Virus record (IMG/VR): IMGVR_UViG_3300045988_095842
Length of the DNA stretch: 64,000 nucleotides
Direction: 5' to 3' (one strand)
Origin: a virus
Below the pieces are notes generated by a model. That model searched no databases. It saw only the letters and a program-made list of their open reading frames with translations, and was not told where the DNA came from. A program made the translations under genes and the position numbers. This document shows positions 36,253-43,720 of this stretch, piece by piece; within the stretch, counting starts at the first letter, position 1; every line of letters begins with the position of its first letter.

Positions 36253-36383
36253 CGAATGCCCTATGTACTCGTGGTACATGGGCGATAGCAGAAAACGCCA
36301 CTGACCACAAAGATCAGTGACGTTCCAGAACATCAACCTGCAACCTGGCAGGCGATTACCATATTAATTATCTCGGAATCTCG

Positions 36384-36698
36384 TTATTCGTCATCTTCGT
36401 CATCTTCATCTTCCATAGCTTCTCTTGCCGGCCAATTCGGATGCTCCTTCTCCAGCTTCTCCAGTTCTTCATCTGATGCTCGGAATTTCGCCCAGAAAGG
36501 ATTCTCATCGTCAAAAATCCATTTCTGTTCAGGAGATAATTTTTCCGGATAATCCGGCCAGTAATTAAAAATGGTCTTTTTGTCAAAGCTGAACAACATC
36601 GGGCCTAATTCCCGGTTAATATTTCCATCTTCGTCAATTTCAAATTCGTCTACCCACCAAACTTTATCTCCGTCGTGCTCTTTATAAAAATCTAACAT
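36384..36698 (-). CDS. small acidic protein (candidate immunity/neutraliser)
   Basis: 104 aa ending EDEDDEDDE, directly downstream of the 513-aa toxin-like ORF. Confidence 0.55.
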   Translation of the reverse strand: MLDFYKEHDGDKVWWVDEFEIDEDGNINRELGPMLFSFDKKTIFNYWPDYPEKLSPEQKWIFDDENPFWAKFRASDEELEKLEKEHPNWPAREAMEDEDDEDDE

Positions 36699-36758
36699 CT
36701 TCGTTCCCTCATCTCCCCTTGTCGCAGTACCAAAATGACAGATCTTTTTAGAGAATAA

Positions 36759-38300
36759 CTAAGCAATATGACCTTCTCCACTCTTCCTTTCTTGCCCTTC
36801 GGCAGTATTCAAGTATCCAAGCAATTTCCGAAACTCATCGCTTTTCCCTAAAGACTCAATATCTACCATTCTTACAGTTTCTTTGTGGTCCATCACTTTA
36901 TTTATTCTTTTGCTTTCACATTTGAAGCGCTCTCCTAATGTTTTCTTGATTGTGCCAAACTCTTTCATGGAATGCCATCCATTTTTATAAACTTTATGTT
37001 TATAAGTACCAGGTGACTGTAGCTCCAAATACATAGGCACTCCATTTTCTTTCTTAACGATCGCCGCATGTCTTCCTGCTGCTAATACATATTGCTTGCC
37101 TTCCTGCATTTTACCGAGCAATCGAATTGTTGCATCTTTTTCATTCCAATCCGACTCTTCTTGATACCCTTTTCCAAGTTTAAGGATAGCTTTGTTGTTA
37201 TCCACCATTGCAAAAATATATCTGGATGTTCCACCTCTGAAATCTCGAACTTCAAATCCTGCTTTATTTCCAACATAGGCAAATGCTGTAGATGCGCAAC
37301 TTCCTCCAGTTTTATCTCCTCCAGATATAAAATCTATGATTCCTTTCTCAGATATTGCGGACTCTCGCTTTTTTACCGGCCTGTTTTCAACCCCGTTCTC
37401 TTCCAGGTAGTGTCTAGCTATATTTTTCTGTTCCCAACCTTTACTCTCAGCATAACTGTTTGCAATCCCAAACGCCGCAGAATGATCGTTTCCGTGTGCC
37501 AGTTGTCCATCTTCATTTTTATATGCCCAATATCCATTTTCAAGTTTGACATAAGCATGTCCTTTATCGTCTGTATAGATTGAACCAACGGGTAGACCGC
37601 CTATATTCTGGCTTGCACTTGCATGAACATCATCAACATCTTTGCTTGAAGAAAACGCAGAATTCAGCTTTTCATTCTGATTGAGACCACTGTATTTACT
37701 TTCTGTAAAATCACTCTCGTGTCCGTTCTCGATTCGCGTCTGAACATCCTTGTTTGTGAACATGGACCCATTTTCAATACTCACCCATGTATCATCGTCC
37801 AATTTGATGAGATTCATCGGCTTGGCGCCACCACTCCATGCTACTGTATCGCCTTTTTCTGCCTTTTCGACATCCTCCGGAGTAATTTTCCCGCTTTTCA
37901 GCGATTTTGTAAATGCAGATACCTTCGCTTCCTGCTTCTTTTCAGGCTCTTCCTTCTTTGCCGGTTCACTTCCGCCTACAACCGTCTTGTTCTTGTCTCT
38001 CTGTTTGTTCTCTTTATATGCACCAACAAGGCCTGTGTATCCACCAGTTGGAGTTGTAAGACGATAGGCAGCACCTCCGCCCGCTCCAGAACCTCCTTTG
38101 ATCCCAGGTCTCCCAGAATACCCCCAGTTGCCGGATCCAGGGCCTCCGTCCAGACGTTCCATGTACCACTTCTGTGCAGCCACAAGATCAGATGAATCCC
38201 CTTTGAATTCATTTTCTGCATATACTGCATTCAGATCCAACGGCCATCCGTTCCGGTCATACCATTGTTTCTGCGCATCGACTAAATTCATTTCCATCAT
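36759..38300 (-). CDS. MuF-associated effector-like protein: GSGNWGYSGRPG linker motif plus a C-terminal Cys/His (papain-like?) domain
   Basis: 513 aa. The start overlaps the MuF stop (ATGA). The C-terminus contains GGSCASTAFAYVGN ... AAGRHAAIV ... YLELQS. Confidence 0.65.
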   Translation of the reverse strand: MMEMNLVDAQKQWYDRNGWPLDLNAVYAENEFKGDSSDLVAAQKWYMERLDGGPGSGNWGYSGRPGIKGGSGAGGGAAYRLTTPTGGYTGLVGAYKENKQRDKNKTVVGGSEPAKKEEPEKKQEAKVSAFTKSLKSGKITPEDVEKAEKGDTVAWSGGAKPMNLIKLDDDTWVSIENGSMFTNKDVQTRIENGHESDFTESKYSGLNQNEKLNSAFSSSKDVDDVHASASQNIGGLPVGSIYTDDKGHAYVKLENGYWAYKNEDGQLAHGNDHSAAFGIANSYAESKGWEQKNIARHYLEENGVENRPVKKRESAISEKGIIDFISGGDKTGGSCASTAFAYVGNKAGFEVRDFRGGTSRYIFAMVDNNKAILKLGKGYQEESDWNEKDATIRLLGKMQEGKQYVLAAGRHAAIVKKENGVPMYLELQSPGTYKHKVYKNGWHSMKEFGTIKKTLGERFKCESKRINKVMDHKETVRMVDIESLGKSDEFRKLLGYLNTAEGQERKSGEGHIA

Positions 38301-39241
38301 TTGCTCCTATCATCGTCCTCAAGCGGAAGATTAAGCGTGTCTTTATCAAAAACAGGGATTCCCACACATCTGCAATTAAAGTCTTCCCCAGGATTGCATC
38401 GTCTTCCGGTATTTACCCAATACCCTCCGTGCTTACTCTGCCTCCACTCCATAATCTCCGGAGGATTGTTGTATTCAAAAATCTTTCCGTCTAAGATCGA
38501 GTGCCCAGGTCGAACTCTCTCATCATCAGATGTGCTCCACTTATATCTTGAAACGCCGGCATCCTCATGTTCTTTTCTTGTTATGTTCGCGCTCAGCTTT
38601 GCCATCTGATCCCTTGCTATGAATTTGGCGTGCCGCTTGCTCATACTGTAGTTCTGCTGAATTAAAGAACCGATATCCGATGCTGAAAGTCCTTTGCTGT
38701 ATCCGTATTCAATGGTTTCCTTCATCTTTCCCAGCATGTCGTTCGGCACAGTTTTTATCAGATCGACATTATCGGAAACCCATTGTCTAAGTTCTTCCTC
38801 AAAGAAATCTCCGTTGTAATAGTCCTTTGAGAGATCCACGTTCAGGGTTTTCCTGACCATCCTTCTCCACTCTGAGATTTCTGTTTTCTTGGTGATCGCA
38901 CCAATTTTAAAAAGCTGAGTCAACAGGCGTTGTGTGGCGCCCATCGTGCTCAGCTTCTCATTGATTCTGTCAAAAAAATCCGTAATAAAGGCATGCAGAT
39001 CAAAAATGCCATCCATCCGGATCTCGTCATTTAACTGTCTCCGGTATTCCTCTTTCAGTCCAGGCATTTCTTTTTCAATCACAAGCTTCACGGCCTTCAT
39101 GTACTGATTGACTGCTCTGATATATTCTCTTTCAGCCGATTCCGGAAACCTGTGAGTGCTTTTTCCTACGATGCTTGAATTTGTGCCAAATTTGGCCTCC
39201 AGTTGACTTTTAACGCTTTCAGAGTAGAAATACTTCTGCAT
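38297..39241 (-). CDS. head morphogenesis protein, MuF / SPP1 gp7 family
   Basis: Contains ERVRPGHSILDGKIF...CNPGEDFNCRCVGIPV. Confidence 0.8.
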   Translation of the reverse strand: MQKYFYSESVKSQLEAKFGTNSSIVGKSTHRFPESAEREYIRAVNQYMKAVKLVIEKEMPGLKEEYRRQLNDEIRMDGIFDLHAFITDFFDRINEKLSTMGATQRLLTQLFKIGAITKKTEISEWRRMVRKTLNVDLSKDYYNGDFFEEELRQWVSDNVDLIKTVPNDMLGKMKETIEYGYSKGLSASDIGSLIQQNYSMSKRHAKFIARDQMAKLSANITRKEHEDAGVSRYKWSTSDDERVRPGHSILDGKIFEYNNPPEIMEWRQSKHGGYWVNTGRRCNPGEDFNCRCVGIPVFDKDTLNLPLEDDDRSK

Positions 39242-39332
39242 CAGCATACCCCCTCTAAATGAGCCAATTTGGAACAAAATAAAGGAGCCTTCATATCAAG
39301 GCTCCTGGACTCTATCTTTCAATAGCTGTTTT

Positions 39333-39770
39333 TTACTTGTTTTTGCAGCGGAGAAGTCTTGCTTCTACTCTTTTATACTTCTCCACTCGTGCCAGATCCT
39401 TATCTGTCGGATTCTGGATTCTGGAAAGATCCATGTTGTTATGAAGATCAGCCAGCTTCACATCGATTGCCAAAGGATTTGTGCAAACACGATCAATGTA
39501 GGAATCGTAGCTCTCACCTTTCCTGTGAGTCAGGCAATCAAGTGCATCCGCAATAGTGTTCCCGAACTCATTTCTGATGTCGTCATTGGTTACATTCGTA
39601 TCCTCAACCGTGTCGTGTAACAACGCAAGGATTTTTTCCTTTTCGTCCGTCACTTGCTTTGCGACCGCAATGGGATGCAGAATATAAGGACTTCCACCCT
39701 TGTCGTACTGTCCATCATGTGCTCTAACTGCCAACTGAAGTGCTTCATACTCTTTGTCGCCCATGGACAC
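39333..39770 (-). CDS. HD-domain small alarmone hydrolase (RelA/SpoT hydrolase-like, SAH)
   Basis: Contains AHDGQYDKGGSPYILHPIAVA ... LLHDTVEDTNVT ... FG..IADALDCLT. Confidence 0.75.
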   Translation of the reverse strand: MSMGDKEYEALQLAVRAHDGQYDKGGSPYILHPIAVAKQVTDEKEKILALLHDTVEDTNVTNDDIRNEFGNTIADALDCLTHRKGESYDSYIDRVCTNPLAIDVKLADLHNNMDLSRIQNPTDKDLARVEKYKRVEARLLRCKNK

Positions 39771-39782
39771 CTCCCTAGAAGA

Positions 39783-40019
39783 TTAAGAATTTGACGCCCG
39801 CTTCTCATCCAGCTCTTTCATGATTTTCTTGGCTTCACTCTCAGAAATATCCTGTGATGTGCACCACCCATTCATAACATCCTCTGCAAACCGGCTTTTT
39901 TGCCATTTCCCATTTCTACAATAAACTTCGCACACATCTACAAAGTCAAATTCCGGATCAATAGATGCTCTGTACAGATCAAACCCACAATCATCACATG
40001 TCTTGTAAATGTATTTCAT
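39783..40019 (-). CDS. small Cys-containing protein between the RSH and SAH genes
   Basis: 78 aa from MKYIYKTCDDCGF. A GGAGGTG RBS lies upstream. Confidence 0.5.
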   Translation of the reverse strand: MKYIYKTCDDCGFDLYRASIDPEFDFVDVCEVYCRNGKWQKSRFAEDVMNGWCTSQDISESEAKKIMKELDEKRASNS

Positions 40020-40078
40020 GCCATCACCTCCCTGCAGCACTATAATATCGCGCCATTTCTAACATGTCAGCTTATTTG

Positions 40079-40702
40079 TTACTTCTTCCATGTCTTTACA
40101 GAAGAAATATCTTTTGGCATATCAAGTGTTGCGGAGATATCCTTCATTTCCAATTTGAGTGCATTCTTCAGCCGTCCGCTACTTTCTCTTGACACATCAT
40201 ACATAGGATGGATCGTCTCCTTTACCTTCATCGACTGTTTGGAATGAATCTGAAGCTCAATCTGCTGTCCGGAAGGCGATACAGCACCAATGTGAACTCC
40301 TTTGTAATCTGAGCTCGGATTATTGTACTTATTATCAACCTCATTGACGGTGTATCCTTTCTTTTTAAGCTGATCCACCGTGCTTTTCGTTGCAGCCGCG
40401 ATATTGTTATGATCTGTGAGCTGTGTGTATCTGACCAGATCACCCATGCTCTTTACTATCTGTTCATCAGATTCATTCGCATGTTCAGGATCAGCTTTCT
40501 TTCTCGCAATCTTGCTTGCTATAGATTTTCCTGTCTTCACAGAAAAGTCAAGTCCATACATCTCTGAGCCGCTCTGTCCTGCAATTTCAATCATGTCCTT
40601 TGAAATCTGCGGTTCCTTTGCTCTGATTGCATCATATGCCGCCTGTGCTTCTTTGGATGCTCCAGGAATTGTATGATCCTTGGCTGCTGCGGTTGCTGTC
40701 AC
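40079..40702 (-). CDS. RelA/SpoT-homolog (RSH) synthetase-domain protein, toxSAS-like
   Basis: Contains FSVKTGKSIASKIARK ... GDLVRYT ... DYKGVHIGAV..GQQIELQIHS, which are the nucleotidyltransferase motifs of small alarmone synthetases. GTG start overlapping the Nudix stop. Confidence 0.65.
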   Translation of the reverse strand: MTATAAAKDHTIPGASKEAQAAYDAIRAKEPQISKDMIEIAGQSGSEMYGLDFSVKTGKSIASKIARKKADPEHANESDEQIVKSMGDLVRYTQLTDHNNIAAATKSTVDQLKKKGYTVNEVDNKYNNPSSDYKGVHIGAVSPSGQQIELQIHSKQSMKVKETIHPMYDVSRESSGRLKNALKLEMKDISATLDMPKDISSVKTWKK

Positions 40703-41199
40703 CGGCTGTTTTCCTTCTGCAACTGCTTTAGAAGCCTTGTCCCAGGTCTCCCAGAATGCCCCCAGTTACCGGAACCGGCTCCTCCATCCGCTCTTCCTTT
40801 GATGCAATCTTCCAGAAGGGAAATCGAATCATCAAATGCCGGATACAGAAGACCACCTCTCTGCTCCAGATCAGAAATATCGTTGAATCCGAAATACTCA
40901 TCCACCATTTCAGTTCCGTCTGCCTTTGGCTCTCCCTCAAAATCTGTGCAGAGAAAGACCATGGTAGGAAGATATTCTCCCTCAGGACTCTTCAAACATC
41001 CGATCATCTTCAGATCTTTTGGAGTAACACCAAATTCCTCTCTGGTCTCTCTGATCGCTGCATCCATTGGATCCTCATCTTTTTCAACATGTCCACCAGG
41101 ACCGCAGATCTCTCCGGTATCTGAACGAAGTCCGCACAGAAACTTCCCGTCTTTAACCACTAAAACTCCAACTCCATACGGAATATCGTTTTTGTTCAT
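40699..41199 (-). CDS. Nudix hydrolase with a C-terminal GSGNWGHSGRPG motif
   Basis: Perfect Nudix box G-HVEKD-E-DPMDAAI-RETREEFGV. Confidence 0.8.
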   Translation of the reverse strand: MNKNDIPYGVGVLVVKDGKFLCGLRSDTGEICGPGGHVEKDEDPMDAAIRETREEFGVTPKDLKMIGCLKSPEGEYLPTMVFLCTDFEGEPKADGTEMVDEYFGFNDISDLEQRGGLLYPAFDDSISLLEDCIKGRADGGAGSGNWGHSGRPGTRLLKQLQKENSR

Positions 41200-41272
41200 G
41201 CTCTGCCCTTTCTTTTTTGCATCAAAAAAGGACTCAGGCTTTCGCCCAAGTCCTCTCAAAATCTAAATATCT

Positions 41273-41509
41273 TTATACTCCCATCAATTCGGAGTACTTC
41301 ATATCTGCAATGCTTTCTGCAATTTTGCATTTCTCAGAAATATCATCGATAGCATTTCCGGATTCGTCCACCAGCTCATCAGCAGAAATCATGAAGCTTT
41401 CCTCACGAATATGGAACCAATCCACCTTACTGACATCCTTCAGGTCTTCTTTTGTCTTGTGAAAATTGTCCCATATAAACTTTAACTGCTTTTCCGACAG
41501 GTCTTTCAT
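41273..41509 (-). CDS. small acidic protein downstream of the portal (candidate immunity/antitoxin)
   Basis: 78 aa. The start overlaps the portal stop. Confidence 0.5.
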   Translation of the reverse strand: MKDLSEKQLKFIWDNFHKTKEDLKDVSKVDWFHIREESFMISADELVDESGNAIDDISEKCKIAESIADMKYSELMGV

Positions 41510-43356
41510 TACTCATCCTCCGCCCATAAGTCAATCGTAGTCACGATATTTCCTGCATTGCTTAGAACAATGCGGTTTTTGCCTTTCTGGAAGCATGTAA
41601 CATCTTTATGCTTACTATTTCCTGGATACATGGAATCCGGATTTTCGAGTGAATCTTTCAGATCTTCCGGTGTTATATTCCTTGATTTCATCCGGTAGCC
41701 GGCATGTGCACTTACTTCCTTCACCGTAACGCCATTCTGTGCTACCGTTCCCTTTACTGCTTTTGTGAACTCCCTTGCCGCTTTGTAATCTTTTTGTGAT
41801 GACTGTCCGTTATGAGGGCCAGCAGCGTTCTGATTTCCATATGGCGCCCCGTCCACATTCATCATACCATCTTGCTGTAAATTGTCAGCGCTTTCCTGCG
41901 CATTTTCTTCACCCTGCAGATCACTGATCTTGTTCAGCTCAGCCTGTTGCTTGCGAAGATCAAAGGCTTCATCCGGAATTTCGAGATTATCATTTTCAAC
42001 AATCCCCTGGATCTGATACTCGTTGGAATCAGCAAGACCCTTACGGACTTCGGACGGATCCAACGCCTGCATATCCACATAAATCTGTGCCGTAGAAGCC
42101 TTTGTCTGCTCTGTTCCAGCTTTAATGCTGTCCACATTCGCCTGTTCTTCCTCGGAAAGCTGTTTCAGCGGTTTGAATTTCACCTCATAATCAGGAATAT
42201 CTACCTTCTTTTTGGCCTCTATCTCTTTTAAAACAGCCCTGATGACCTTTTCGGCTGCACCATGGTACGAATTCGCCTGAATTCTGTTCAATAACTGGAA
42301 ATAATTATCTCTGTCATTGTCGCCGGTTGAATCTTCTCCAGCCGGATCCTTTCCAAAGAGAATTGTCTGAGGAATGTCCGTGACAGCGGAAAGCATATTG
42401 CAAGTACGGTCGATCAGGTCGGATGCTCCGGACATCGATGCATTGATATACTGGTAATCCTCTCCATCATTATCAATCGCCATGGAATTGATGATATTCC
42501 GTGCCATATCGATTACCTGTAATCTCTGGATTACCTTGTCTTCTCCTTCCTCAGTTGCGAGAAGCTGAGAAAGGTTTTTCATCTTATATACGCCGAGAAC
42601 AGAACGCTCCAATAGTTTTGTGCCGTCATGATGTGACGTAACGGTCTCTCTAAGGGCCTCTCTGATCTTCATATAGACAGGAATACCCCAATGCTTGTAA
42701 ATCACGCTGTTGGCGCTCTCAGGCACTCTTCCGTTGCGGAATACAAGACACCTTGAGTAGTGAACGCGGAAAGATCCATACTGCGAATACACGTCATAAA
42801 ACTCAGGATCTCCAAATTTCCGTTCTCTGTCTTCGCGGTCGATATCATGAAAGTAGCTAAAGTCCAATGTATCTGCCTGAACAATCGGTCTTTCGAACGT
42901 AATCAACTCTTCGATGCTTTTTACATTTTTCCAATTCAAAGGCTCATCAAGGCCTCTTCCATCATCCACAAGCATGACCACCAGAGCCCCGCCGTAAAGT
43001 CTGCTCCACTTTTCCGCAGTAGCCAGTGTATCCGTAAAATCCAGCTTACTAAGCTTCTTCAGAACTTCTTTTTCAAGCTCATCACCCAGGTCAGAAAGAT
43101 CCAGGCCTTTTGCGATAGCATCCTCTGCCGGCCGATCAATGATTTTTGCGAACAGACCATTTCCGATATACAGTGACGATAGCTTCGCATCCGAAGAAAT
43201 TGCATCTGCACTATATTCCCATGCGGTAGAATTATCCTTCATGGTTCCGACTTTGGTCAGCATGTTCATGTATCCGTCACTGCGATACTCGCTGACAGCC
43301 TGATTATATCGGCTGATTTCCTCTATCCGCTGAAGCGGATTGATTTGTACGCCCAT
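41509..43356 (-). CDS. portal protein (DUF1073-like) with a C-terminal DUF4258-like toxin-type extension
   Basis: The N-terminus YMNMLTKVGTMKDNS...LYIGNGLFAKIIDRPAEDA is portal-like. The last ~110 aa contain SAHAGYRMKSRNITPEDLKDSL...NRIVLSNAGNIVTTI. Confidence 0.7.
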   Translation of the reverse strand: MGVQINPLQRIEEISRYNQAVSEYRSDGYMNMLTKVGTMKDNSTAWEYSADAISSDAKLSSLYIGNGLFAKIIDRPAEDAIAKGLDLSDLGDELEKEVLKKLSKLDFTDTLATAEKWSRLYGGALVVMLVDDGRGLDEPLNWKNVKSIEELITFERPIVQADTLDFSYFHDIDREDRERKFGDPEFYDVYSQYGSFRVHYSRCLVFRNGRVPESANSVIYKHWGIPVYMKIREALRETVTSHHDGTKLLERSVLGVYKMKNLSQLLATEEGEDKVIQRLQVIDMARNIINSMAIDNDGEDYQYINASMSGASDLIDRTCNMLSAVTDIPQTILFGKDPAGEDSTGDNDRDNYFQLLNRIQANSYHGAAEKVIRAVLKEIEAKKKVDIPDYEVKFKPLKQLSEEEQANVDSIKAGTEQTKASTAQIYVDMQALDPSEVRKGLADSNEYQIQGIVENDNLEIPDEAFDLRKQQAELNKISDLQGEENAQESADNLQQDGMMNVDGAPYGNQNAAGPHNGQSSQKDYKAAREFTKAVKGTVAQNGVTVKEVSAHAGYRMKSRNITPEDLKDSLENPDSMYPGNSKHKDVTCFQKGKNRIVLSNAGNIVTTIDLWAEDE

Positions 43357-43706
43357 TACAGATAACTCCTTCCATATCTTTTCATAAATGCTTCTCTGGC
43401 CGGATCTGAGTCTCCGTGTTCGCCTGATCTATCTTTGTAATACTGCTTTTCCCAGGCGAGTTGCCCGATCATCTTTGACATTGCCTCAGCCATGCTGTTT
43501 CCGTGAATGATCAGTGTGCCGTTCTTTTTATTTCCATTCTTTGGAATATAACCCATGTTGTGACAGGCATTTGTCACAGGGATCACCAGACCATCCTCAT
43601 CTGCTTTCTCGCGATTGATTCCAAAAATTAAATGATGTACTGCCTCAGAAGGACGGCCCGTAAAAGCACACACGTCCATATAATCTGTCACTATGCTCTT
43701 TTTCAT
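43356..43706 (-). CDS. conserved phage protein, possible His-Me/HNH-type nuclease
   Basis: Contains CAFTGRPSEAVHHLIFGINREKADEDGLVIPVTNACHN. It lies between terL and the portal. Confidence 0.4.
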   Translation of the reverse strand: MKKSIVTDYMDVCAFTGRPSEAVHHLIFGINREKADEDGLVIPVTNACHNMGYIPKNGNKKNGTLIIHGNSMAEAMSKMIGQLAWEKQYYKDRSGEHGDSDPAREAFMKRYGRSYL

Positions 43707-43720
43707 TCCGTCCCTCTTTC

